Assembly: GCA_020725385.1 (NCBI GenBank)
Contig: DYFC01000017.1
Span: 9,055 to 73,054, forward strand
Origin: Nitrospira japonica
GTDB taxonomy: Bacteria > Nitrospirota > Thermodesulfovibrionia > Thermodesulfovibrionales > SM23-35
DNA length: 64,000 bases
Direction of reading: 5' to 3'
The notes under the pieces: model-generated
What the model was told of the DNA's origin: nothing
What the model saw: the letters and a program-made list of their open reading frames with translations, nothing else
The model's database searches: none
In this document: piece by piece, positions 16,695 through 26,639 of the stretch
Layout of the letters: each line of letters opens with the position of its first letter
Numbering within the stretch: the stretch's first letter is position 1
Program-made: the position numbers and the translations under genes

Positions 16695-18260
16695 GTGAGA
16701 ACAATAGAAATATACGATACAACTTTAAGGGATGGTGCACAAACAGAAGGAATTGCTTTTTCTGTAGATGACAAACTTCGCATTACAGAAAAATTGGATG
16801 AACTTGGAGTTCATTATGTAGAAGGTGGATGGCCAGGTGCCAATCCGAAAGACATTGAATATTTCAGGAAAGCAAAAAAACTAAAACTCAAGACAGTCAG
16901 GGTAACAGCATTTGGAAGCACACACAGACCTAAACATAAACCCTCTGATGACTCGATATTCAAATCCCTTATAGAGGCAGGTGTCCAGACTATAACAATA
17001 TTTGGCAAGACATGGGATTTTCATGTTAGAGAAGCTCTAAAAATTAGTCTCGAAGAAAACCTTGAGATAATTTATAACTCGGTTGCTTTTCTGAAAAAAT
17101 ATGCGGAAAAAGTATTCTTTGATGCCGAACATTTTTTTGATGGTTATAAAGATAACCCTGAATATGCACTCAAATGTCTTAAATCTGCACAGGAAGCAGG
17201 CGCTGATTGCATAATTCCATGTGATACAAATGGCGGTACATTGCCTTCTGATGTAAAAAGAATTTTCCTTGAGCTAAATCCCCATATAAATGTTCCTTTA
17301 GGAATACATGCTCATAATGATTCTGAATGCGCAGTCGCAAATTCAATTGTAGCGGTTGAACAGGGAGCATCACAGGTGCAGGGCACAATAAATGGTCTCG
17401 GTGAAAGATGCGGCAATGCAAATTTATGTTCTGTAATCCCGAATTTGCAGTTAAAGGCAGGCTTTAGTTGTATTTCATCCGAACAATTAAAAAAGCTAAG
17501 AGAAGTTGCACGTTTTGTTAATGAAATTGCAAATATCAGACATTTTGCGAGACAGCCTTTTGTAGGTGACAGCGCTTTTGCGCATAAAGCAGGAATACAT
17601 GTAAGTGCAATTAGAAAACGTCCGGAGACTTATGAACACATTAATCCTGAACTTGTAGGAAATCTACAAAGAGTAATAATATCAGACCTGGCAGGTAAAA
17701 GTAATGTTCTCAAAAAAGCAGAGGAATTTGGCATCAGCCTTTCACCCGATTCACCTCAATTACAGGATATTGTCGCAACACTCAAGAATCTTGAGAATGA
17801 AGGGTTTCAATTTGAAGCTGCGGAAGCATCGTTTGAACTTCTTATGAAAAAAGCGCTGGGACTTCATAAAAGATTTTTCGACCTTATAGGATTCAGGGTT
17901 ATTATTGAAAAAAGAAAAGAGAACGAAGAGGCGATTAGTGAAGCAACAATTATGGTAAAAGTAGGCGGAAGAATCGAACATACTGCTGCTGATGGTAAAG
18001 GGCCTGTGAATGCGATTGACAATGCTTTAAGAAAGGCTCTCGATAAATTTTATCCAGCACTTAAAAATGTTAAATTACATGACTATAAAGTACGCGTAAT
18101 TACAGCAGGGAAGGGCACATCTGCAAAGGTCAGGGTATTAATTGAATCCGGAGATGAAGAAGAACGCTGGAGCACAATAGGTGTTTCAGAAAACATAATA
18201 GAAGCATCATATCAGGCTCTTGTTGACAGTATAGAATATAAATTACTAAAAGAACAATAA
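16695..18260 (+). CDS. cimA: Citramalate synthase (IPMS/homocitrate synthase family, CimA-type)
   Basis: IYDTTLRDGAQ, HAHND, GERCGNA motifs. The 521-aa length and a C-terminal regulatory domain match TIGR00977-type CimA. Confidence 0.8.
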   Translation: MRTIEIYDTTLRDGAQTEGIAFSVDDKLRITEKLDELGVHYVEGGWPGANPKDIEYFRKAKKLKLKTVRVTAFGSTHRPKHKPSDDSIFKSLIEAGVQTITIFGKTWDFHVREALKISLEENLEIIYNSVAFLKKYAEKVFFDAEHFFDGYKDNPEYALKCLKSAQEAGADCIIPCDTNGGTLPSDVKRIFLELNPHINVPLGIHAHNDSECAVANSIVAVEQGASQVQGTINGLGERCGNANLCSVIPNLQLKAGFSCISSEQLKKLREVARFVNEIANIRHFARQPFVGDSAFAHKAGIHVSAIRKRPETYEHINPELVGNLQRVIISDLAGKSNVLKKAEEFGISLSPDSPQLQDIVATLKNLENEGFQFEAAEASFELLMKKALGLHKRFFDLIGFRVIIEKRKENEEAISEATIMVKVGGRIEHTAADGKGPVNAIDNALRKALDKFYPALKNVKLHDYKVRVITAGKGTSAKVRVLIESGDEEERWSTIGVSENIIEASYQALVDSIEYKLLKEQ

Positions 18261-19043
18261 CTATGGATAGTTTAATTGTAATCTTTGAATCGCAGTTGCT
18301 TTTCCTGTTTCTTCATTAATTTCTAAGATTACTGCTGATAATGTACAATTTCCCTTGGCAACTTCAAATCGCATCGGCATATTAGTAAGAAATCTCTGTA
18401 TGATTTGATCTATTTCTATACCAATTATAGAATGTACCGGACCTGTCATTCCAACATCAGTAATGTAAGCAGTTCCACCCGGAAGTATTTTTTCATCTGC
18501 GGTTTGAACATGAGTATGTGTTCCGATGACGGCGCTTACATTACCATCAACATAATAACCAAATGCGATTTTTTCAGAAGTGGCTTCAGCATGAAAATCT
18601 ACTATGATAATATTAGTTTGCTCTTTTAGCTTTTCTATTTCTTCCAGGCCTTTTCTAAAAGGACAGTCTGTGTTTGACATGAACACTCTTCCAGAAAGGT
18701 TAAGTACAGCAATTTTTTTACCATTACTTGTCTGTATAACGACACTTCCATAACCCGGAACACCCGGTGGATAGTTTAACGGCCTGATTATTCTGTCAAT
18801 TTTTGATATTTGTGGTATAAATTCCTTTTTATCCCAGACGTGATTGCCAGTTGTAATAACATGAATTCCTATATTGAATAAATCATTTGCAATTTTTTCG
18901 GTTATCCCGAATCCACCGGCAGCATTTTCGCCATTTGCAATAACGAAATCTAATTTAAATTTATTTATAATCGAAGGCAGTAATGCTTTGACAGCATTCC
19001 TGCCTCCTTTTCCAACTATGTCTCCAATAAAAATTATTCTCAT
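18261..19043 (-). CDS. ymdB: YmdB-family metallophosphoesterase (TIGR00282)
   Basis: MRIIFIGDIVG...GENAAGG...GNHVWD...HAEATSEK motifs. Immediately downstream of rny, as in many bacteria. Confidence 0.85.
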   Translation of the reverse strand: MRIIFIGDIVGKGGRNAVKALLPSIINKFKLDFVIANGENAAGGFGITEKIANDLFNIGIHVITTGNHVWDKKEFIPQISKIDRIIRPLNYPPGVPGYGSVVIQTSNGKKIAVLNLSGRVFMSNTDCPFRKGLEEIEKLKEQTNIIIVDFHAEATSEKIAFGYYVDGNVSAVIGTHTHVQTADEKILPGGTAYITDVGMTGPVHSIIGIEIDQIIQRFLTNMPMRFEVAKGNCTLSAVILEINEETGKATAIQRLQLNYP

Positions 19044-20612
19044 TTATTTTGCATATTCGACATAACGGGATTCTCTTATGACAGTGACTTTAATTTGCCC
19101 CGGATATGTCAATTCCGATTCTATTTTTCTTGCGAGTTCTCTTGAGATCATGGCTGATATTTCATCGGTTACATCTTCAGGCTTCACTATAATCCTTATT
19201 TCTCTACCAGCCTGAATTGCATAACATTTATCAACACCTTTGTATGAGAGAGCCATTTGTTCAAGTTTTTCAAGACGTTTGAGGTAATTTTCTATACTTT
19301 CTTTCCTAACACCCGGACGGGCAGCAGAAAGCGCATCAGCAGCAGCAATTAATGCTGCTTCAACAGTTAGAGGTTCACCTTCACCATGATGTACAAGTAT
19401 AGCATTTATTACCTTTGGATTTTCACCATATTTTTTTGCCAGGTTCATTCCTATCTCCTGATGTGAACCTTCGATTTCATGATCAACTGCCTTTCCAATA
19501 TCATGTAATATCCCGGCTCTCTTAGCGAGTTTAACATCAACCTTTAATTCACCTGCCATCATTCCCGCAAGATACGCTACTTCTCTTGAATGCTGGAGCA
19601 CATTCTGTCCGTAAGATGTCCTGTATTTTAATCTACCAATTAATTTTACAAGTTCAGGATGAATGCCTGAAAGTCCAAAATCAAAAACAGCTTTTTCTCC
19701 TTCTTCCCTAATATGAGCTTCAACTTCTTTTTTGACTTTCTCGACTATTTCTTCAATTCGGGTGGGATGGATTCTGCCATCTGTAATCAATCTTTCAAGA
19801 GAAATACGTGCTATTTCACGTCTGACAGGGTCAAAAGCTGAAAGGGTAACAGTCTCGGGTGTATCATCTACAATTAAATCAACTCCTGTTGCAGCCTCAA
19901 GTGCCCTAATATTTCTACCTTCTCTGCCGATAATCCTTCCTTTCATTTCGTCGTTAGGAAGGCTTACGGATGTTACGGTTGAATCACTAACATAATCACT
20001 TGCATATCTCTGAATTGAGAACCCTATAATTTCTTTTGCTTTCTTTTCAGCGTTTTCCCTTGCTTCATCTTCGATTTTCTTAGCAAGTTTGGCAGCTTCA
20101 AATTTAGATTCTTCTTCGACTTTTTTCAAAAGTTCTTGTTTTGCTTCTTCAGAACTCAGCCCGGAAAGCTTTTCGAGAAGTTCGGTTTGATCCTTGAGTA
20201 ATTTATTAATAGTGTTTTCTTTTTCCTGAATACTGCGTTCTCTTGAAGTAAACTCTCTTTCCCGCTTTGAGAGTTCTTGCTCTCTTTTTTCAATTTGTTC
20301 ATATTTTTTATCAAGTACTTCTTCTTTTTGCCTGAGCCTCTTATCAAGATGATTTAGCTCGGAACGTCTTTCTCTTATTTCTTTTTCAGCTTCTGCTTTT
20401 GACTGATAGACAATGTCTTTTGCTTCAACATGTGCTTCTTTTCTAATACTTTCTGCTTCTTTTTGGGCTTCCTCGATTAATTTTGCCCTCTGCTTTTCAA
20501 TTTCAATCTTTTCGTTTTTTATTTTTGAATGTAAAACGAAAAACAACACAAGTCCTGATATAAGACCAGCAACAACACCGATAATAATAAACATGATATT
20601 TGAACCAAGCAT
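19044..20612 (-). CDS. rny: Ribonuclease Y
   Basis: N-terminal TM helix, long coiled coil, KH domain ([15 protein letters not shown]) and HD domain (HSREVA...LHDIGK). Confidence 0.9.
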   Translation of the reverse strand: MLGSNIMFIIIGVVAGLISGLVLFFVLHSKIKNEKIEIEKQRAKLIEEAQKEAESIRKEAHVEAKDIVYQSKAEAEKEIRERRSELNHLDKRLRQKEEVLDKKYEQIEKREQELSKREREFTSRERSIQEKENTINKLLKDQTELLEKLSGLSSEEAKQELLKKVEEESKFEAAKLAKKIEDEARENAEKKAKEIIGFSIQRYASDYVSDSTVTSVSLPNDEMKGRIIGREGRNIRALEAATGVDLIVDDTPETVTLSAFDPVRREIARISLERLITDGRIHPTRIEEIVEKVKKEVEAHIREEGEKAVFDFGLSGIHPELVKLIGRLKYRTSYGQNVLQHSREVAYLAGMMAGELKVDVKLAKRAGILHDIGKAVDHEIEGSHQEIGMNLAKKYGENPKVINAILVHHGEGEPLTVEAALIAAADALSAARPGVRKESIENYLKRLEKLEQMALSYKGVDKCYAIQAGREIRIIVKPEDVTDEISAMISRELARKIESELTYPGQIKVTVIRESRYVEYAK

Positions 20613-20672
20613 CTATAGTTAAACCCCCTTCCTCAGAATTTCCCCATAAGATGAGGGATTGGATTTTGAGGC

Positions 20673-20701
20673 ATTATACTCCATTTCATATTTTTGATTA
20701 A
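20673..20701 (-). promoter_or_regulatory. Putative promoter of rny
   Basis: Minus-strand reading gives TTAATC (20701..20696), a 17-nt spacer, then TATAAT (20678..20673), about 60 nt upstream of ATG 20612. RBS gaggaaggggg. Confidence 0.35.
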
Positions 20702-20849
20702 GGGGCCGGGGTATGACTTTACAGAATCATAGAGGAGGTGAGAAAGACGGTGTTTTAAGTAAAAATTCCCATTTTTTCTCTATGTTATAAAGTAATTCTT
20801 TATTTCTCCTCGATAAATTTGTCATAACAACCAGCCTGTTAAATATTCC

Positions 20850-21025
20850 CACCCTGCCGTGTAAAGCGAAATTAGATCCCATTTTTGTTATAAGTGGGTG
20901 CCCTGAAAGGACCCGTAGGCTTCCCAGTATTAAACAGGGCATGCACAAAAGGCCTTTACACAGGCTCCCTAAAGATCTAATTTGCCGGATCAACATGTTC
21001 GCCTTATCACTAACAGGGCAGGTAA
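20850..21025. ncRNA. Candidate structured RNA / GC-rich element of unknown class
   Basis: Locally GC-rich island in an AT-rich spacer. Complementary pairs: 20856..20866 with 20954..20965 (11 bp, 1 bulge); 20869..20878 with 20974..20983 (10 bp); 20899..20905 with 20935..20941 (7 bp). The strand is not determined. Confidence 0.25.
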
Positions 21026-21129
21026 TTTATTACCCTGAAATATATTCCTCCTGAATTAATTAATTTTATTCTTAGATTTAGAATATACTATAAAAGGGTT
21101 TTAAGGCAAGAAGAAAATTTTAAAATTAA

Positions 21130-21774
21130 CTAGTTTTTCAAAGACGTTTTGGGGATGATATAAGTGCAGGAAGGATGCCCGTCTATAATGCATTCATGGC
21201 GTGTTAAGTCTTTGCTTATAAGTTCTTTAAACATCTGAAGATCATGTTTACAGACTTCTTTATATACCAAGGCAAGTTTATAAATGGGACAATTGTATAG
21301 TTTTAAGGTATAATGATTATTTGAACCATTCAATTCGGCAAAATATCCTTCATTTTCAAGGATATCCCGCATTGCCAATACTCTTTCCTGAATAGTCTTC
21401 TTGTCACCGATAAGCTCTTTGACTTCTCTAATTATCCTATTTTTTCTCCATCTGAATATCTCGTCAATTTTTTCTCTTCCTTCATTTTTCTCAATATCCT
21501 GAAAAAGGTTAAGAATAAGTTTGTCGTATTCTTTTGGGAAAAGATCATTAGCTTTCTCTGAAAGTTTGTAAAGGAAAGCGGGTCTTCCGATTCCTTGTCT
21601 TTTAGTTATATATTCAATCAATCCCCGTCTTTCCAGTGAAAGAAGATGTTGTCTGATGCCCATCGAAGTGATGTTTAGTTCTTTGCTAAGTTCTTCAATT
21701 GCAAGAGGACCTCTTTTTTTGAGAAGAAGAATTATTTTTTCACGTGTTGGATTTTCATTTAATACTGCCCACAT
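21130..21774 (-). CDS. Winged-HTH transcriptional regulator (ArsR/DeoR-like N-terminus) with C-terminal Cys cluster (SufR-like architecture)
   Basis: The N-terminal segment ILLLKKRGPLAIEELSKELNITSMGIRQHLLSLERRGLI is a winged HTH. Four Cys residues lie in the last ~60 aa. Confidence 0.55.
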   Translation of the reverse strand: MWAVLNENPTREKIILLLKKRGPLAIEELSKELNITSMGIRQHLLSLERRGLIEYITKRQGIGRPAFLYKLSEKANDLFPKEYDKLILNLFQDIEKNEGREKIDEIFRWRKNRIIREVKELIGDKKTIQERVLAMRDILENEGYFAELNGSNNHYTLKLYNCPIYKLALVYKEVCKHDLQMFKELISKDLTRHECIIDGHPSCTYIIPKTSLKN

Positions 21775-21842
21775 GTTTTTTTATACCATAAAATATAAAG
21801 TTTTGTAAATAATTTAAATAAAAACTTTTCTATTATTTTTGC

Positions 21843-22787
21843 TTATTTAATCTCTATTTGTTCGGCAATTTCAATCCTATTCCTACCCTTATTTTTTGCT
21901 TTGTAAAGAGCAATATCAGAGGCATCAATTAATTTTTCAGCGCTGTTAACTTTAAGTTCTGGCATAGTTGCAATCCCTATACTTACAGTTATCTGCTGAT
22001 TTATTCCGGTGTAATTAAAATCAGAAACCATTCTTAGAATTCTTGAGGCAACAATGAAAGCGTCTTCCTTTTTAGTGCCGGGAAGAAGAACTACAAATTC
22101 TTCACCACCCCATCTTGCGATAGTATCAATTTTTCTAAGGCAGTTCTTTATATTCTGGGCAATTTCTTTTAATACTATATCTCCTGCACTGTGACCAAAA
22201 TTATCATTGACATCTTTGAAATGGTCGACATCAACCATCAGACAAGAGAGAGGAGAATTATACCTTAAAGTTCTTGCAAATTCTTTCTGAATAATAAGGC
22301 TAAAGTGCCGTCTATTATAAATTTCAGTTAAAGAGTCTGTTATAGCAAGAATTTCGACTGTTGATAATACATCTTCGAGTTGACGGTTTTTTTCCTTGAG
22401 TTCATCTCTAAGATATTTTGTTCTTAAAGATGCATATATCCTTGCATTAAGTTCGATTTCATTATAAGGTTTTGGTAAATAATCATCAGCACCTGCTTCA
22501 AGCCCATCAACTTTCTCCAAAACAGACCCCTTTACAGTAAGCATAATAATAGGAATTCCTCTTGTATCTTTATTCAATCTTAACCATCTACATACTTCGC
22601 TACCATCCATGTCAGGTAAAATTCTGTCAAGTAAAATGAGCTCTATATTTTCGGTTTTAGCGATTTTCAAAGCTGATTTGCCGTTTTCGGCTAAGATAAC
22701 ATCGTAACCGTTTGCTTCAAGATATTTTTTTGTTTTATCTGCCTGCAGTTGATCATCTTCAACGAGAAGAATTGATGCTTTTGCCAT
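21843..22787 (-). CDS. Response regulator-diguanylate cyclase (REC + coiled-coil + GGDEF)
   Basis: ILLVEDD...LLD...KP REC motifs. GGEEF active site with an RKID I-site 5 residues upstream. Confidence 0.9.
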   Translation of the reverse strand: MAKASILLVEDDQLQADKTKKYLEANGYDVILAENGKSALKIAKTENIELILLDRILPDMDGSEVCRWLRLNKDTRGIPIIMLTVKGSVLEKVDGLEAGADDYLPKPYNEIELNARIYASLRTKYLRDELKEKNRQLEDVLSTVEILAITDSLTEIYNRRHFSLIIQKEFARTLRYNSPLSCLMVDVDHFKDVNDNFGHSAGDIVLKEIAQNIKNCLRKIDTIARWGGEEFVVLLPGTKKEDAFIVASRILRMVSDFNYTGINQQITVSIGIATMPELKVNSAEKLIDASDIALYKAKNKGRNRIEIAEQIEIK

Positions 22788-22978
22788 TTTATGCCTTTTA
22801 ATTACTTATAAAAATTAAGAAATTATCCGAAATTTACTACTTAATAAAGATATAATAATTCAATTAATTTATCAATATAAATTTATATTATTGCTAAAGA
22901 TTTTATCAGGCAGTTTTATTAACAAAAACCTATTTTTGTTAGCCGGAAGGATCCAGTTAATTTGGATATATACCTTAA

Positions 22979-23908
22979 TTATTCCGATATAATTACTCTA
23001 TTTCGCCCGTGTTTTTTTGCTTCATACATTGCTGTATCAGCTTTATGTATTAATTTCTCAGCGTTGTCAATAGATTCATCGGGTATGCTGGCAATTCCTA
23101 TACTTATTGTAATTGGTCTATTGACACCTTCAAATTCATTATCAGAAATAGCTTTTAAAATTCTTTGTGCAGCGACAAATGTATCTTCTTTTGTAGTTCT
23201 TGGTAAGATTGCAATGAATTCTTCACCGCCCCAACGGGCAACAACATCTACTTTGCGAAGATTGTTTTTAATAATATTGGCGATGCCTTTTAGAACAACA
23301 TCACCAATACGATGTCCGAATTCGTCATTAACACTTTTAAAATTATCAATATCTATCATCATACAAGATGCGGGCGTTTTGTACCTTAAAGTATTTTCGA
23401 ATTCTTTTTCAATAACAGATTCAAAATATCTTCTATTATAAATCTGGGTTAATGAATCTGTTATTGCAAGAATTTCGAGTTTTGTAAGCAAGTCTTCAAG
23501 CTGACGGTTCTTCTCACGAAGTTCATCCTGCAGTGCTTTTGTTCTAAGACAGGCATATATACGGGCGCTTAGTTCAGATTCATTAAATGGTTTTGTAAGA
23601 TGGTCGTCAGCGCCTGCTGTAAGGCTTGCTACTTTATCCGATGTTGAGCCCTGTGCTGTAAGCATTATGATAGGTATTCCTCTTGTATCCTGATTCAATT
23701 TCAACCATCTGCAAACTTCATTACCGCTCATATCAGGTAAAACTAGATCGAGAACAACCAGATCAATATCCTGCGTTTTAACAATTTTGATAGCTGATTT
23801 TCCATCTTCTACCCATGTGACATTATAACCCGATGATTCAAGGTAATGTTTTGTCGCACTACCCTGAACTTTATCGTCTTCTACAAGTAATATTTTCGAT
23901 TCAGCCAT
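22979..23908 (-). CDS. Response regulator-diguanylate cyclase, paralog of 21843..22787
   Basis: Same architecture, GGEEF with an RKVD I-site. Roughly 60% identical to the neighbour by eye. Confidence 0.9.
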   Translation of the reverse strand: MAESKILLVEDDKVQGSATKHYLESSGYNVTWVEDGKSAIKIVKTQDIDLVVLDLVLPDMSGNEVCRWLKLNQDTRGIPIIMLTAQGSTSDKVASLTAGADDHLTKPFNESELSARIYACLRTKALQDELREKNRQLEDLLTKLEILAITDSLTQIYNRRYFESVIEKEFENTLRYKTPASCMMIDIDNFKSVNDEFGHRIGDVVLKGIANIIKNNLRKVDVVARWGGEEFIAILPRTTKEDTFVAAQRILKAISDNEFEGVNRPITISIGIASIPDESIDNAEKLIHKADTAMYEAKKHGRNRVIISE

Positions 23909-24206
23909 AATAAAAGTATATCAAAAATAATCTAAAAAAACTTATAGTTTAGTTAAGATATTCAAGTTTTCTTAAGTATTATAGCTGAAATTGATATTAT
24001 ACTGGTAATTATCAGCTAAATAATTCATAATGCAAGATATTATGTGAGTAAGATAGCAAGCCACCGAGCTATCAAGCGAAAAAGCGGAGAGCATAGAGCT
24101 TAGAGAAGCAATACACTTGATCTAATAGGCTATATTTTTTTATTTAAAATAGATTAATTTATTGAAAAGATTTCCCAAGGTGAACAAGGTGATAAAAATA
24201 TCAGAA

Positions 24207-25715
24207 ATGTCTTTAATGGAAAAATTATATCAACTAATTATTCATAGACTGGATGGGGATAAAATTAATTCTGATTCATATAGAAAATATATTTATTCTT
24301 TAATACAGAAAGGTGTGGGTGGTTTCATACTTTTTAACGGGGAATCAGAAGAAATAAAGGAATTTATAGATGAAATACAAAAGCGTTCGGAAATAATTTT
24401 ATTTATCGCATCTGACATTGAAAGGGGTGTCGGGCAACAGGTTTTAGGCTGTACACATTTTCCACCCCAGATGGCAATCGCTGCTGCTATAAAAAGAAAT
24501 TTTCAAGAAGATGTTTCTTTAATATGTCAAACAGTCAAAGCAATTACAGATGAAGCATCATACATTGGAATAAATATGCCTTTAATTCCTGTGCTTGATA
24601 TTAACCTCAATCCAGATAATCCAATAATATGTACGAGAGCTTTCTCAGATAATCCTGAAGTAGTATCATGGTTTGGCAATGAATATATTAAAATCTTAGA
24701 AGAAAATGGCATGATAAGCTGTGCCAAACATTTTCCCGGACATGGAGATACATCAGAGGACTCTCATTTAAGTCTTCCTGTAATAAAAAAATCTAAGAAT
24801 GAACTTATGTCTATGGAACTGAAACCCTTTAAAAAAGCTATTGAACAAGGTGTTAGCAGCTTGATGATCGGGCATCTTCTGTTGCCGGAGATTGATAATA
24901 TGCCTGCAAGCTTATCATATAATGTAATAACTAACTTGTTGCGCAAAGAAATGGGATTCGATGGCCTTGTTCTATCAGATGCACTTAGTATGAAAGCATT
25001 GAACGGCATTCAGAGTATATCTGCTCTATGTATCAAAGCAGGTACTGATATACTTCTCCATCCAAATAATCCTGATATTACCGTAAAAGAGCTTGTTTCT
25101 GCTCTTGAATTGAATATAATAACTGAAGAACATATAGATAAAGCGATAAATAGAATTTTAAAAACAAAACAAAAAATAAAGAGTAATTTAAAAGATGAAA
25201 TTAATTATAAAATTCATGAAGATATATCATGCCGGATTACTAAAAAATCAATTACCCTTGTTAGGAATACTCAAAGCATAATACCTATAAAGGGGTTAGA
25301 TTCTACAACTGTTGTATTAGCTGGTGATGAACAATATTTTAATGATTGCTTTTTTAAGAATACGTTTAGTAATGTTTGCACATTAAAAGATATTAAAGAC
25401 ATAACGTTACAGACGCCGGAACAGATTATTGTTAATATATTTACGAGTGTCTCTGCATGGAAAGGTAGTTCAGGTATTTCAGATATTGAAAGAGATTATA
25501 TAAAAAAATTAATCCAGAAGTCTTCACGTTCAATAGTAATTTCTTTTGGAAGCCCGTATGTTTTAAGACATTTTATGGAAGCAAATACTCTGATCGCAGC
25601 ATATGAACCATCACTTCAAGCTCAAACTGTTGTTTTAAAGTGTATTTTAGGTAAAACAAAAATATCTGGAACACTTCCAGTTAAGTTAACAAATTTTACT
25701 AAGAATGATACTTGA
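24207..25715 (+). CDS. Glycoside hydrolase family 3 (NagZ-like beta-N-acetylhexosaminidase with extra C-terminal domain)
   Basis: KHFPGHGDT...DSH motif, SD(A/S)L...M motif. The start is uncertain: track TTG 24162, or ATG 24207 giving MSLMEKLYQLIIHRLDG. Confidence 0.8.
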   Translation: MSLMEKLYQLIIHRLDGDKINSDSYRKYIYSLIQKGVGGFILFNGESEEIKEFIDEIQKRSEIILFIASDIERGVGQQVLGCTHFPPQMAIAAAIKRNFQEDVSLICQTVKAITDEASYIGINMPLIPVLDINLNPDNPIICTRAFSDNPEVVSWFGNEYIKILEENGMISCAKHFPGHGDTSEDSHLSLPVIKKSKNELMSMELKPFKKAIEQGVSSLMIGHLLLPEIDNMPASLSYNVITNLLRKEMGFDGLVLSDALSMKALNGIQSISALCIKAGTDILLHPNNPDITVKELVSALELNIITEEHIDKAINRILKTKQKIKSNLKDEINYKIHEDISCRITKKSITLVRNTQSIIPIKGLDSTTVVLAGDEQYFNDCFFKNTFSNVCTLKDIKDITLQTPEQIIVNIFTSVSAWKGSSGISDIERDYIKKLIQKSSRSIVISFGSPYVLRHFMEANTLIAAYEPSLQAQTVVLKCILGKTKISGTLPVKLTNFTKNDT

Positions 25716-26580
25716 TATTGTTAGAAACGAAGGTGATAAAAGCAAATATGCTATTGTTTTTATTCATGGACTTGGTATGGATAAAAACATATGGCTCGAT
25801 CCTTCAAAATCAAGAATACTCGGTGGAATGTTTCCGCTTAAAGTTCTCCTCAGAAAATATCCGAAAGTTAAAACTGTTTTCAATGATCTAAGTAAATTTA
25901 ATTACCCTTTAATAACATGGAGTCAAAGGAATCCTGCAGGCGAAATTGACACTGTTGTGAAAGAACTAAATGAAATTATGTCTATTGCTTCTAATATGAC
26001 AAAAGCAGGAATAATTATTATTTGCCATAGCAGAGGCGGGCTAATTGCAAGAAAATATCTCATGAATCAAGTAGTGCCTATTAAAGCATTGATAACGATT
26101 TCAACCCCTCACAGAGGAAGTTCCCTGGCAAAGATTTCAAAATATCTTTCACCTATTGTTTCTTTATTTTTTCCGTTTGTTCCTGAAGGAAGAAGAAATT
26201 CTACAAGAAGTGCAATTAGAAAAATTATGCAATTTCTCAGAAGCAAAGCCCTAAATGAATTGCTCCCTGATTCAGAGTTTTTCCTATCGTTGAATGATTC
26301 TCCAATTGAGGGAGTAAAATATTTTTCCATAGGGGGCACGATACCAACACTATTTAGGTTATATAAAATGTCGTTTCCTGACATTTTAGAAAAAATAATT
26401 CCAGCCGGGCTATTCCCTGATGAATTCAGAAAAAACAAAGGCGATGGACTTGTTACAGTTGAAAGCTCAAAATTGCAATGGGCACAGGAGCATTGTAATT
26501 TCCCTTGTAATCATGCAGGAATTTTGTTTAATAAGAATGTTAGGAATTATATTATGAAAATAATAAGAGGAATACGATAA
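25705..26580 (+). CDS. Alpha/beta-hydrolase, lipase/esterase-like
   Basis: VFIHGLG oxyanion region and a CHSRGG nucleophile-elbow variant. 11-nt overlap with the GH3 gene. Confidence 0.65.
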   Translation: MILDIVRNEGDKSKYAIVFIHGLGMDKNIWLDPSKSRILGGMFPLKVLLRKYPKVKTVFNDLSKFNYPLITWSQRNPAGEIDTVVKELNEIMSIASNMTKAGIIIICHSRGGLIARKYLMNQVVPIKALITISTPHRGSSLAKISKYLSPIVSLFFPFVPEGRRNSTRSAIRKIMQFLRSKALNELLPDSEFFLSLNDSPIEGVKYFSIGGTIPTLFRLYKMSFPDILEKIIPAGLFPDEFRKNKGDGLVTVESSKLQWAQEHCNFPCNHAGILFNKNVRNYIMKIIRGIR

Positions 26581-26583
26581 TAA

Positions 26584-26616
26584 AAGAAGGGTTAAGCAAT
26601 TAAACTTACCCTTCTT
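26584..26616. terminator. Bidirectional hairpin between convergent genes
   Basis: aagaagggt (26584..26592) pairs with acccttctt (26608..26616). Flanked by A-run/T-run. Confidence 0.5.
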
Positions 26617-26639
26617 TTATTAAATTAATAGTATCGATA

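Noticed and set aside
20727-20996. 89-aa ORF upstream of rny
   Set aside because: Its composition is not protein-like and it has no RBS. It overlies the GC-rich self-complementary element, which is better explained as structured nucleic acid.
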